A stretch of DNA of 50,134 nucleotides, filler included, from Catajapyx aquilonaris (GCA_000934665.2; 3 parts of 3 records of this genome joined end to end with filler, not necessarily neighbours in it), one strand, 5' to 3'; positions 22,431 through 34,623 are shown, numbered from the whole stretch's first letter. A program made the numbers and translations. Notes: generated by a model from the letters alone, not told the origin.

Positions 22431-23678
22431 GTAGAAGGTGCCGAAGAGAGGATGCAGAAAGGAATCCAGCAAGACATGAAGAAAAGGAGACACTTGGTGG
22501 GGAATCATGGTTGTCAGATTTGCAAGAGGACATTTAGTTGTAAAAGTAATTTGAATAAGCACATGCGAACCCACACAGAGGAGAAGCCACATTGTTGCAA
22601 GGTTTGCAAGAAGAAGTTTAGTCAATCAGGAGATTTGAATACGCACATGCAAACCCACATAGGGGAGAAGCCATATTGTTGCAAGGTTTGCAAGAAGAAG
22701 TTTAGTCAATCAGGAAGTTTGAATCTGCACATGCGAACCCACACAGGGGAGAAGCCATATTGTTGTAAGGTTTGCAAGAAGAAGTTTAGTGTATCAGGAA
22801 GTTTGAATGTGCACATGCTAACCCACACAGGGGAGAAGCCACATTGTTGCGAGGTTTGCAAGATGAAGTTTAGTTTATCAGGAAAATTGAATGTGCACAT
22901 GCGAACCCACACAGGGGAAAAGCCATATTGTTGCAAGGTTTGCAAGAAGAAGTTTAGTCAATCAGGAAGTTTGAATCTGCACATGCGAACTCACACAGGG
23001 GAGAAGCCATATTGTTGTAAGGTTTGCAAGAAGAAGTTTAGTGTATCAGGAAGTTTGAATGTGCACATGCTAACCCACACAGGGGAGAAGCCACATTGTT
23101 GCGAGGTTTGCAAGATGAAGTTTAGTTTATCAGGAAGTTTGAATGTGCACATGCGAACCCACACAGGGGAGAAGCCATATTGTTGTAAGGTTTGCAAGAA
23201 GAAGTTTAGTCGATCAGGAATTTTGAATGCGCACATGCGAAGCCACACAGGGGAGAAGCCATATTGGTGCAAGGTTTGCAAGAAGAAGTTTGGTGAGTCA
23301 GGAAATTTGAATGTGCACATGCGAACCCACACAGGGGAGAAGTCATATTGTTGCAAGGTTTGCAAGAAGAAGTTTAGTCGATCAGATGATTTGAATAGGC
23401 ACATGCGAACCCACACAGGGGAGAAGCCATATAGTTGCAAGGTTTGCAAGAAGAAGTTTAGTCGATCAGATGATTTGAATAGGCACATGCGAACCCACAC
23501 AGGGGAGAAGCCATATAGTTGCAAGGTTTGCAAGGAGAAGTTTAGTCGATCAGGAAGTTTGAATCTGCACATGCGAACCCACACAGGGGAGAAGCCATAT
23601 TGTTGTAAGGTTTGCAAGAAGAAGTTTAGTCGATCAGGACATTTGAATATGCACATGCGAACCCACGCAGGGGAATAG
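22431..23678 (+). CDS. C2H2 zinc-finger array exon (14 tandem fingers, TGEKP linkers)
   Basis: TTTCAG acceptor at 22430 is in frame with ORF 22452-23678; 28-aa/84-bp repeats. Confidence 0.92.
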   Translation, partial: VEGAEERMQKGIQQDMKKRRHLVGNHGCQICKRTFSCKSNLNKHMRTHTEEKPHCCKVCKKKFSQSGDLNTHMQTHIGEKPYCCKVCKKKFSQSGSLNLHMRTHTGEKPYCCKVCKKKFSVSGSLNVHMLTHTGEKPHCCEVCKMKFSLSGKLNVHMRTHTGEKPYCCKVCKKKFSQSGSLNLHMRTHTGEKPYCCKVCKKKFSVSGSLNVHMLTHTGEKPHCCEVCKMKFSLSGSLNVHMRTHTGEKPYCCKVCKKKFSRSGILNAHMRSHTGEKPYWCKVCKKKFGESGNLNVHMRTHTGEKSYCCKVCKKKFSRSDDLNRHMRTHTGEKPYSCKVCKKKFSRSDDLNRHMRTHTGEKPYSCKVCKEKFSRSGSLNLHMRTHTGEKPYCCKVCKKKFSRSGHLNMHMRTHAGE

Positions 23679-23933
23679 CCATTCAGCTGTGAGGTTTGCA
23701 AGAGAGAGTTTAGTAACGAAAGCTCTCTGAAATTCCACATGAGGATTCATTCAGGAGCAAAACCATACAGTTGCCTCATTTGCAAGAGGATGTTTAGGCG
23801 CACATCCAATCTGTTGTCTCACATGATAGCTCACACAGGTGAGAAGCCACATGGTTGCCATATTTGCAGCGAAAGGTTCATTAGGCCAGGACTGCTGAAA
23901 AAGCATGTTAGAACACACACAGGAGAAAAGTGA
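23679..23933 (+). pseudogene. Three further in-frame zinc fingers beyond a premature TAG
   Basis: The linker reads AGE*PFSC (AAG>TAG at 23676-23678). The same frame stays open to TGA at 23933. Confidence 0.85.
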
Positions 23934-24102
23934 TTTGTGTTTTAAGTGTAAGTGACCTGCATTCTTGAAGGCCCTGCAGTAGTCAACTTACCTACACACT
24001 CCATGTTCGCTAGTGTCAGTTTTTATGATGGGCTCTGAGGGCATCATTGATGAAGGTTGATGAAGGATTAAGAGGAAGGAGAAGTCAGAGGATGTCAAGG
24101 GA

Positions 24103-25492
24103 ATCTCACCAAAAACCTTTCTGTAAAAAAAGGTGAAGTTCGCCTGACTGCTTGGCCGTCAAAAGTGGTGAGATCTGAAATACGGCCAAGTTCAACGTCG
24201 TTGTCAATTACTGGCATTCTCAACTTCTTCAACCTAAACCTCTAACTTTGTTTTTCCAGGTCGACCTTAAGTTTAATCATCAAAACATTTTAATGGAATT
24301 TCTCCTGATGTCACTTAGCCATTGCTCTTAAAACATGGAAAGAGTTGTGGGCAATTCCACGAAAAAGCGGACATGGGGTGCGGTTCTTACATCTTGACGC
24401 AGTTGGAATGTGAGTGACTAAAACCGATAGCATGTGGACCATGGTTTCCTTAGACATGTTAGTTTGTGACAGTATCATTCCCAACAACACAGTATTATTC
24501 CCAGAGTATCTAAGCGTGCGCTCTGTGATATCCGTTCGGCTAATGTGCATTGCCAGCTGGTTATTTGCTGTACCGATATGTGAAAGGAAGAGAGACAGAC
24601 GTTTTCATATAATTCAAGGGCCCAAAATGCAACATCGACCTGTGCAATCACTTCGCTGTATTCATGTATGTGTGACCTTCCACAGCCACACCAAAAGGTA
24701 TCCAAAGGTCAAAAACTGAACTAGTTCCTATTTCAGTGCAGCGGAGCCATTATAAGATTATGAATTCACAGACATTCCAATCTCCAAAAATTTATGCTAC
24801 TCCCAGTAAATAAATCTCTGTAGGTGGTACGTAACGATGCCGGGTGGTACATAACGGGTGGATATCTCAAATGTTTTCACGTTCAAAATGAAAATTCTCC
24901 CAATCTAATGGCTTGATGAGGTTCCTCGCACCCTACTGCCCCACATGCACTTGAGCTTCGAAACCTGTGCTGTCAAATTCGCAGAGTTTCCCCCTAGGTG
25001 CATATACCCCAGAAACTGGTGTCCAATGACGGATGGTACGTAACGAGATTTCAGACAATCGCACACGTGTGGATGGCCATCGAATGAAATTTCCATGATG
25101 TCCCTCACCTTCACATTTCTGCGCTGCATCTGATTTTCATAACAGTTAATCTATTACGGCAAGTACCTAGCCGCGGTGGACTCCTAAACACCTCAATACA
25201 GCTTCCGATTGTCTGTACGTAACGCGTGGAATTGCCCTTGTAGAATTCAACAATACCTCGGACATGAGCAATGGCCAAGTGACATCAGGAGAAATTCAAT
25301 TAAAATGTTTTGATGATTAAACTTAAGGTCGACCTGGAAAAATAAAGTTAGTGGTTTAGGTTGAAGAAGTTGAGAATGCCAGTAATTGACAACGACGTTG
25401 AACTTGGCCGTATTTCAGATCTCGCCACTTTTTACGGCCAAGCAGTCAGGAGAACTTGGCCTTTTTTTACAGAAAGGTTTATGGTGGGATCT
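24103..25492. mobile_element. Non-autonomous DNA transposon with ~210-bp TIRs
   Basis: 24103-24316 is the reverse complement of ~25278-25492. Confidence 0.75.
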
Positions 25493-25525
25493 CACCTCTT
25501 TTAGTAGGCAGGAGTGTATCTCTTA

Positions 25526-26442
25526 TCTATATCTATATCTATAAATAAGGAAGTTTGTCAGATGTTTGTCCCTTATAGAAATCCTGGGGAAGGCCCCTAC
25601 ACCGCCTTAAATTAGCATATCGGGTATACGGTATTCTCATTTCCCAGCCGAAGGGTAGTGAGTAGGCCACATGTACAGAAAGGCTCAATTTCCTGATCTC
25701 CGTCTACCAGACGTAACCGAAGAAGTGTTTGACTCTGTTGAGACAATTGAATCCTTGAATTTAAGAGTAGCCAAATGTCCATACCTGATATTTTTTTACA
25801 TCAAAACAATGAGAAACATTGTAAGTGTGATAGTGACAGTTATTTTTAAGTTTTGAACACCTTTCGTCGCTGGATATAAAGGTAGGCTTCCTTATAGAGT
25901 TAGGTGCTTAAATAATTCCAAATTTCTCTAACTCGAATTTTTTCCATGTCCCATGGAGATTCGACTTATGGAAGTTTTACTGTAATACAGTATTTACAAA
26001 ATAATATTACTACTAACTACGTGTTGAAAACCAAATTTCCCACCATGCATCTGTACATACATTTCTAAATTTCTTCAGAGCAAACATATGGAACGAGATG
26101 GGGGTGTGAAGTGGAGTTGGGGGGTCAAGGGGTCAAAAATGCAGGGGGGGAAACACATGGCTGTGCAGTCTTTTCCTGGGTCAACTCCATCCGCATTCCT
26201 CTTTTTACACATCCAATCAGAATATCTGTCGACTATCGCTATAAGACAAGCAGGTTATCTATCACAGAGAGTGACAAACTTTGGCTTATTGCAACTTATA
26301 AGGCCCATTTTAAGACATATCAAGCTTCGAGTGTATTGAAGGGAAATTCTTACAAACAAATGCACTTCCTAAAATACTGTATATGTACCCCTACCTTTAC
26401 CAGCACCCCAACATACCCGGGCAACGCCGGGTAACCTGCTAG
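25526..26442 (+). mobile_element. Non-autonomous Helitron carrying a MITE fragment
   Basis: 5' TCTATATCTAT... start and a 3' hairpin CCCGGGCAACGCCGGG followed by CTAG, between A and T. Confidence 0.75.
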
Positions 26443-26510
26443 TAGATTATAAGGAAGCTCGGGGTGCCCCTTATACGGTTGGGCGTGGAAGCAATGGTCT
26501 GTATGTAAAA

Positions 26511-26990
26511 CTATCTTTTCTTCTGATTAGGTATGCTATCTCTTGGCATGATTTTCTTGTGCTTTCTCATAGTACGCTTCCTTTTTTTCTGTTCTGGTTG
26601 TGCGAATTGGACATCTGCTACACCTGATCGCATAGCCCATTCGCTATCCTTAACCACTTCTGTCGATGCCTTATTAGCCCTTTTGAGTATGGATAAGTCT
26701 AGTCGGTAAATAGATCTCAATCTATCGTACTCCAGAATAGCTGACTCTTGAGCCTTGATGTTAGTAAAGGAGCCATTGATGAGATGCACTCCGTTGAGAC
26801 ATGACCGCACAAGGAGACAGAGGAACCAATATCGATGAGTGCATTAGTGAGACTAAGGCCTTGGCTCTTGTGTAGGCCTATGGTAATGGCATGCGCCACA
26901 CAAATTGGGAATATTATTGTTCCCTGTACACATAGGCTCTATTTAGACTATTGATGACCTCGAATTTTGTATTTGTATTTGTCTTAAATA
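26511..26990 (-). pseudogene. Helitron/Helentron PIF1-like helicase C-terminal fragment
   Basis: YREQ...AHAITIGLHKSQGLSL..ALIDIG...LNGVHLIN...IKAQESAILEYDRLRS matches PIF1-type motif V/VI region; frameshifted. Confidence 0.8.
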
Positions 26991-27693
26991 TTTGTATTTG
27001 TTTGAAATGCAATCGCAGTTCAGTCAGATAGGTAGCGGTATGCAGGAAGGGAGGGGGTGAGGAGATGAGAACGTGGGGAAGGCAGGAGCAGCACCAGCAT
27101 AACTGGAATTTCAAAGTAAAAAAGTAATCCGTGGTAAAAATTCCGCATCTGGTAAAGCTGCAGCAGACTTCGTGAAAATAATTTTTTTTGAGCATTTAGA
27201 CTCAAAAAAGTGCCGTTTTCAGATTTATTCTGATGTTTGTTTGAGAAGCTCTACCAGCATACCAAATTTCAGCATCCTAGGACCACTGGAAGTGCCGTAT
27301 AATTTTGATGATCAGTCAGTCAGTCAGTCAGTGAGTGTCATATTTTGGCCGTTTTGGGAGTTTTTAGGATTTTTAAAGTCGGAAATGACAAGAGATATAA
27401 ACATGGAAGTAAGGTGGTATTATTTTTAACCGATTTTTATCTACCCAAATAAAAATTTTGAAGCCATCTATGTTCACCAGTGCCGGCAGTGCGAAGTTTC
27501 GAGGGGGTCAAAATGACGTGAGTTGTGTCGGGTAAAGGTGGTCCGGCAGAACTAATGGCAAGGAGAGGTGTGGAGGATCCCAAACAGGGGGAGGACCAGA
27601 AGTGGAAACTTGGTTTGTTGGCTCTCCCATTGGTTTTACATGGCCCAATCCATGGTTATTGAAGACTCAGGTTAGGTCACTCCCCACCCACCC

Positions 27694-27944
27694 CCTGCCG
27701 AAGGATTACGCACCGGGTGGCCACTTGAGATCGCTACGAGACATTTCCCAAGGCTATCATGTGGCGACCCTACCGGACTAAGGCTGAACTTTACAGGTAC
27801 GAAGGGGAGGGCTACATGCTGGCCCAACATCCCCTTCGTACCTGTAAAGTTCAGCCTTAGTCCGGTAGGGTCGCCACATGATAGCCTTGGGAAATGTCTC
27901 GTAGCGATCTCAAGTGGCCACCCGGTGCGTAATCCCTCGGCAGG
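27694..27944. repeat. Near-perfect long hairpin (~115-bp arms, ~21-nt loop)
   Basis: The arms are reverse complements with about one mismatch. Confidence 0.9.
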
Positions 27945-29887
27945 TGATAACGCCAGAACGTAGTATAAGTGTCCGTGGGCTGGCCCAATCTATAGTGTAA
28001 GCATAGACTCAACGCTGAGCAAATGTTGCTCTGTAAATCCCCCAACTCTGTGCTCCGCCAAGGGAATGTGTGCTGAACTGTGTGACATTGTGGGCCAAGG
28101 AGTAGCCTACTGTGAGAGAGACCATGTCAGACTTGGCTCTCTGGAGGCTGCAGATGCCCATGGAGAGTGTCAATTTGGAACCTCGGGCAGATTTATCCAA
28201 TCCTGTAAATGATTGTTAAGACTTATTGGTAAATCGTATGCCATATCAGCCAGGTTAACTTACATTTTGTGTCAGTGTTATGTTTGTAACCCAATTAGAA
28301 TTCATTTTGCCACTGGGTTATGATTTTGCTGCCTAAGGATGTCTTCCAGGATCAATTTTGCAGTGGCTCACAATTTCAATTGGAAGGGTCGAATTATTGC
28401 AATATTTTTACTCTTGAAATGGCCACAGCAAGAACTAGGAACCTTCCAGAAATTTTCACAATGATAGATGATGGCCAATTTTTTGAGTTTTTTACCTATT
28501 GCTAATAAAAAGTATCATCATTATCAGTATACCTAAAAGCCTTATACTCTCTCATAATCATTTTTAAAATAGCATATTAGAGCCTTATGTGTGTTCAGAA
28601 TTGATCTCAGGTTCAGGTAGTTGTTGAAACGTGTCTGACTAGTACACATCCAGTTGGAATTCCTGTGCCTGGTCTTCCATCCACATGTGGGATCGATGCC
28701 ATGTTGAGTTGCTGCGCTTTGTCAGGCTAGAAAGGGTCCTACAAGATCCTACCCCATGGCTCCTGGCACTTCAGTGTGTAAGTGACCTTCCATCTGAAGC
28801 ACATGAGAGTGTCCGCATGAAAGTTGTTTTATTTGGACCGTGTGATTAAAGGTTGCCACATTGTTATAGTTGTAGTTTTGTATTCTGAACTAACAGTAAG
28901 TTGTGTAAAAAGTGGCTAATGATGTGATGTGGGGTGAGATGTCACTTACTGTTGGGGAAAATATGTGAGCAATGATTAGCATTGTCAAATGTGAGATTAC
29001 CAATGTAATGCTGACGTAATGGTACAGCAATTCCTGGAATGAGTTTGGGAGGATGTGTTTTGTGTTGCAAGAATAATTTCATTGGAGAGTGTGCCCCCTT
29101 CACAAGGAAGGACATGTTTTTGTATTATTACTCTAAAGAAACATTAAAAATGCGAGGTGTCAGGAAAGGATGCATCGTTATGCAAATGTGTGTGTCTTGT
29201 CATTCCAAGGCATGAGAAGATGGTTTTACACCAGTTTATTCTGATGGCGTAGTGTATGTGTGTGTTTTCCTATTCTGATCAGTAATAAGTGCAATATCTG
29301 AGTTGCAAAAGTGAAGGTCTACAGCACGCTGCTTCTCTTTCCTGTAAGTATAGGCTGCAGTTTCAACCCATTTTTGGCTCATATTTTTACACTACTGGAA
29401 TTGACCCGCATTATCGCAATGACCTCAACTCAATTTCTGTTGGTACGATTTATTAGTCTGGTGTTGGCTGGTGCCAGAGCCAAATTAATGTAATTGTTAA
29501 ATGCATGCAAAATTGTTGTAATAATCGGGTAATTTCGTAATATCTCTTCTTTCAAGTGCCCAAGCGCATGCGCACTTGATCAGCGCTTCTCTTCAAGAGT
29601 CGGCCCTGTTCCAATTTTTTTCTTGTCCAGTTTTCCTCCTTCTAAGACCAGTTCTAGCACCGATTTTTGGGGAAGGCGGCAGCTGTGGTGAGTGGTACAG
29701 ATTGGCAGATGTAATGACCGCAAGTGTGAGGTGAAAATAAGGCTCATTTGCACTTGAGAATGATGATTTATCACGAGGCCTTCACATTTTGGCGACCATT
29801 CCAGGAGGAAAGGATACAGGGTGTTCCAAAAGGGCCTTTCGATTGCTGTTGGTATCTTTTGGCTTTTGCAGTGCTGCTGCTTATTAC

Positions 29888-29995
29888 CCCAGGTGGCACA
29901 AAAAGTTGGGCCAATATTGGACCAATGTTGGCCCAAGATTCAAGCTATTGGGCCGACATTCGCCCAATATTGGCCCAACTTTTGTGCTACCTGGG
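29888..29995. mobile_element. Small CMC/EnSpm-type MITE
   Basis: CCCAGGT.GCACAAAA...TTTTGTGCTACCTGGG termini, 2-bp AC duplication, and internal TTGGCCCAA repeats. Confidence 0.65.
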
Positions 29996-30959
29996 ACGAA
30001 GCAGTTACCTAGATCGGTTTCATTTAGTGGTAAATAGTACTAACTGTACTATTAGGATACGTTGGTATACGTGTGCCCATCTTTTTCAGACGTGCACGGA
30101 ATGTGACCTGCGCAAAGTGTGTTCATTCCAGTTCCGTCAGTGACATACGAGATGCCTACTATTGTTCCCATGGGCCGTTAAATACCAGCAATACATGCTT
30201 GAATGGATGATTAAGTGTGGCATATTGTTAGCAAGTTGAATCCGCCAATCCGGGTATAACATACTCTAAGGGACCGCAGAAATCAGCCTGTTATACCAAG
30301 GTCTGTTATATCGGAATACACAGGCCATATGTGGGAGTTTGTCAGGACCGGCCTTTTGAGTCTGTTATAGCCGAGGCTGTTAGAATACACAATGTATAAT
30401 AGGAAACTGCTATAGTTCTAGACTTATTGACGGACAGCCTGTAGAAACATACCGTAACTAATTTCAAATAAGCAGCTTATAGTGCCAGCAAGAGCTAATA
30501 ACTGGTGCCAGTTAGTCCATCTAGTGGAACAAAAGTTTTGGATCGTACTGTGGTAATATGCAGAAGTGGAAAGTATGCGCAACCTTGGGAGGTTTGGTGT
30601 GATGTTATATCATTATTGTTGTGTATGTACTAGCGTTGGCAAGTTCAAGTAAATCTCATGACTTCATGTGTCCGAATACAGCAATATATCTCCGGATCAA
30701 ATGAAAGTAATTCAAGTAACCACCTGCTATGCAATTGCCATGGCCACCAGAATGACTTGGAACAAATTGGCACAGAGGGTCTCAACAGGAAGCAACAATA
30801 CACCAAGTGGGAGATTGTGACAGCAGGTATTTGCAAGTAATTGCAGTTGATGGAGAATTTTCAGGGCACAAAATATTGTTGGCATACAAGTGAAACACAA
30901 AAATTCCAATTTTAGCAATTTGAATTATTCATTCCACTAAAGTAGTCTTTTTAAATGCT

Positions 30960-31965
30960 CAGACTGCTGATGTTGCTTTAGGAGACAGATCAAGATGTTC
31001 CGATCCCGAGGCAAGTGATCTATGTTGATTTTTACGAATGCTTGTCCATGCCGCGCTGCTGCTTAGATTAGCTGCAAGATTCGCCGGGTCACTCAGGGCC
31101 TCATGTTTCCCAAGAAGAGGCTGCCGCAGTAATACCGAATAATCTTCATTTCTTCCTGAGCGTACTGATAGGTGGAGACGAGGTTCTTGACGACGTTGTG
31201 GACGACCAAGACGATGGCTCAAGCAATGAAGAAGACGACGACGAGAACTTACAATTACGTCATTCACCCAAAAACGTTAGGCTCTCCATAGGCCAAGATA
31301 TTGTTTATGCTGTGAGTGGCGGTAAGAAGCTGACTCCAAAACATATCGGATTAGGTTTATCTGTACATCAGCAGACACGATCTCGTAAACTTGTAACTCT
31401 GCTACACTCGGCGGGGCATTGTATGACCTACAAGCAGGTCCTCCAGGCGGATAAAGCTCTCGCAAATGTCACGTTGAAGTCCCTGGACAACGCTACCGGT
31501 GCTGTCATCCCCCCAAATTTCAAGGTGTCTACAACTGCCGGCAGCTTTGGCAGAAAATACACTTATTGTTAATGTCCACAAGGTCAGTCTTAGCCCTGGT
31601 GACGTATCCAGATGACGACGGTTCTGTAGCAGCACATCCCGCCTCTTGGGAAGGCGCTGATGATTTGTTCCTCAACCTTTCCAATCTGCCAGAATTGGCA
31701 AAGTTTGAGTAGCATCCGCGGTGATACTTAAATTTCTCTTCACTTTTTGTCAACGTTTGTTCGATCCTAACTATAGTGGCAGCAAAATCAGAATCATGGA
31801 GTTCTTTCCTCTAGCCAGCGTACTTCAGAAGAGTCTGCTTGCCGTTATCCGTCAGGTCTGATAATATTTTTCCTTGCACCATTTTCTCTTCTGGCAGATT
31901 ATGCATAGGTTATTGTGGTTGCACGTTCCAGCCGTATCAACTAAGGAGCCTACCGTTGACGCCAT
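30960..31965. pseudogene. Rearranged DNA-transposon transposase remnant (Academ-like; family call from memory)
   Basis: Plus strand 31198-31530 gives SIGQDIVYAVS..KKLTPKHIGLGLSVH..TRSRKLVTLL..AGHCMTY. Minus strand 31530-31965 gives CIICQ...KYHRGCYSNF...CIFCQ, the N-terminal part of the same protein type. Confidence 0.6.
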
Positions 31966-32130
31966 AGCCTGAATAAACGGCAGTATTTTAAAAAATGACA
32001 AAATATACTAAAAGTGACTACCTTCAGTAACACAATTTTGTTGCCAAATTGTATTTCGGAAGGTGTAAAATATTACTTAAAAACACGTTACGCACACACA
32101 CACCCGCACACCCGCACACCCACACACTCT

Positions 32131-32480
32131 TGTCTTGACTAAGGCGTGGGGACGGACATTGATCACTTTTCACTGCGAGTGTAAACTGATCTAACTTAAC
32201 CTAACCTAACCTAACCTAACCTAACCTTACCTAACCTAACCTATCCTACCTAACCTACCCTACCCTAAGTAACCTAGGCTGAGAAAAATGGACTTTTGTG
32301 AAAACCTACAAATGAAAATAGTGGGGACATGTCCCCACTAATTTACACATGTCCCCACTGTAATGGTACACTTCGCGTGTGTGAGACTGTGGGGACCGAC
32401 AAATGTCCCCACAATTGGAACTGGTCCCCACAGCTACAGTAAAACCACAGACTTCCGTCCCCAGACCTTAGTCAAGACCT
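32131..32480. mobile_element. TIR element family with GTGGGGAC motifs and a (CCTAA)n tract; relatives at ~35405-35756 and ~43780-44070
   Basis: TCTTGACTAAGG...CCTTAGTCAAGA termini. The core CCTAGGCTGAGAAAAATGGACTTTTGTGAAA is shared across contigs 2 and 3. Confidence 0.75.
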
Positions 32481-33394
32481 GATCACCCTCACCCACACTA
32501 GTCTACGTAGTATACACATTCAACCACTAAAAACTATATATCTGAGACATTTTAAACTCCAAATACAAGAAGACGCACGGAACTCACGTAATCACAGCAA
32601 AGTTTCGGCGGCCATCTTGGGCGCCATCTTGGAACCCATGCCCTCCAAACTTATAGGATAAGTAAATTTTGAGCGTTGCAATGTGTTTGGCATCCTAGAA
32701 AACCCTTAAGCAGACGTTTAAGTCATTATTTTAAGCCAACGGACAAGGGAGATATATGGAAACAGAGTTTTGGCCGCCATCTTGGATACCGGACTTCCGG
32801 TCCAAATTTCGCTTTGGCAACAGGCATTTTCGTATTCGGCGGGGTCGAAATACCCTAAAAACGTTGTTTCCCCAATTGTTACATGAAATGCTTCTTGCAT
32901 TGTTCTTTTTTGAAAACGTGCCTGGTCTAATATGGAATGTGTTGACTTCCTTGAGATCCTGTCAGTCGATGGAATGTGTCGACAGCAGTCATACAGGCAT
33001 ATGTTGCCTCTGGACACTGCAAGCCTGACCATCGTTTTAGGACAAGAGAATGCACCCAGCCCAAGTTTGCTGGCCCGAGTCCGGATGCTCAGCAAGATGA
33101 ACGATTTCCGCTTGTATATGTCGCCTTTCGTTACCAACCCTGCCTTTCTTGACCGCTGGGCCAGGAACATGGTGGAAGAAAAAACGGTGGAGAAACTACC
33201 CTATCCCGCAACGCTAGAGACTTGATGCCCGAAACCAACCGCGATGTTAGTTCGGTCGACTCCCGCCAGAGGCCCTTACGGTGAGCATCTAGTCCTTTTT
33301 TAACAGCTGATCACAGCAGATGCATGCGGGAGTTATTGCTAATGTTGACCAAATCGGCGTCTGCAGCGAATTAAACCCGGTAAAATTCTTTGAG

Positions 33395-33494
33395 NNNNNN
33401 NNNNNNNNNNNNNNNNNNNNNNNNNNNNNNNNNNNNNNTTAATTAATTAANNNNNNNNNNNNNNNNNNNNNNNNNNNNNNNNNNNNNNNNNNNN
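33395..33494. other. Artificial contig linker
   Basis: Same 100-nt N/TTAATTAATTAA/N spacer. Confidence 0.97.
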
Positions 33495-34210
33495 CCTGTG
33501 TTTGATCCCAAGCCCGGGGTTTTGCCAATTTCATCTCATGCAGATTTTGATCATTTCTGGCTCCATCTCAGGAGGGACTCCTTGAGACAAACCATCCAGG
33601 CCAACTCACAAATCGGATGGATGAGGCGTTCACTATTAGGATTATAGGCTACATCCTACACTAATGCCAGGCCATTCTCGAAAGCTGACGATTTTCCGAC
33701 ACATGCTGGCGAAACACGATGTTATTTATCTATTCTGTGCACATGTCTGTGTCATGTCGACTACAGGAGCAATATTACAAGCAGGAGTCTACTGCAGTCA
33801 AAGTGGGAGGGGCCTGTAACTTGTTGGGTACGGTACTTGCAATGTTGCAGAGCTGTGTGTAAACTCTACTTGGACCTACTTGGACACTGCTATCAAAGCA
33901 ACCTTAGAAGCAAGAAGGGAGTACCGTATATGGAAGCCTGACCCAAAATAATGTTACTGCTATCCAAGTCGGGACTCTAGGCCTCTCTCACTTGGATGGA
34001 AGCACCAATAGACCTTCATAATTATTCAACCATGAGTTAGAAAATGGACGATTAACACTAAGGCTGAAAATGGGCTATCTGGCTGAAATTTGCAAATAAT
34101 TTCGCGAATTTCTTGGATCAAGAATGCGCACGCCACACTCTCACTAGTCTATCCCCTGCCTCCCCCCACCTACACACCACTACAAACTTTGAAGTTGCCC
34201 ACGATGTACC

Positions 34211-34623
34211 AGGGACACTCCACTCAAAAAACAAGTTTGGCTCTAAAAATCGAGAAAAAAATCCTGAATCCGACGGTGCAATCCGTTTTTCGCTACGCGG
34301 AACGGTAATCCAGGGCGAGGTGTCAAAGTGTGTCGTCTGCTAATGAGCGGCGCCGCCACGCGGGAACAGGGGAACTGTAGGGCTGCACCGCTCTGGAATG
34401 GGTCTAAGCGCGCGGGCAGGCGGGAGCAGCCCTCCAGTTCCCAAGGTCCCGAGGGCTTCTCTGGCGGACGGCCAGCTTCTAGCGCACTATTTGAATTTCC
34501 CCACTTTGACCCCTCGCCCTGGGATTACCGTTCCGCGTAGCGAAAAACGGATTGCACCTTCGGATTCAGGATTTTTTGCCCGATATTCAGAGCCAAACTT
34601 GTTTTTTCAGTGGAGTGTCCCTT
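34211..34623. mobile_element. Palindromic MITE (Kolobok-like ends)
   Basis: AGGGACACTCCACT.AAAAAACAAGTTTGGCTCT inverted at both ends; TTAA at the right end only. Confidence 0.65.

Noticed and set aside
22500..23678. CRISPR-like periodic repeat
   Set aside because: The 84-bp units are coding, have no unique spacers and lie in a eukaryotic context.
22706..23740. Long antisense ORFs over the zinc-finger array
   Set aside because: This is the usual reverse-strand shadow of TGEKP-linked C2H2 repeats.
32190..32275. (CCTAA)n tract as a telomere
   Set aside because: It is short, degenerate and embedded in a dispersed TIR element that recurs at ~35460 and ~43940.
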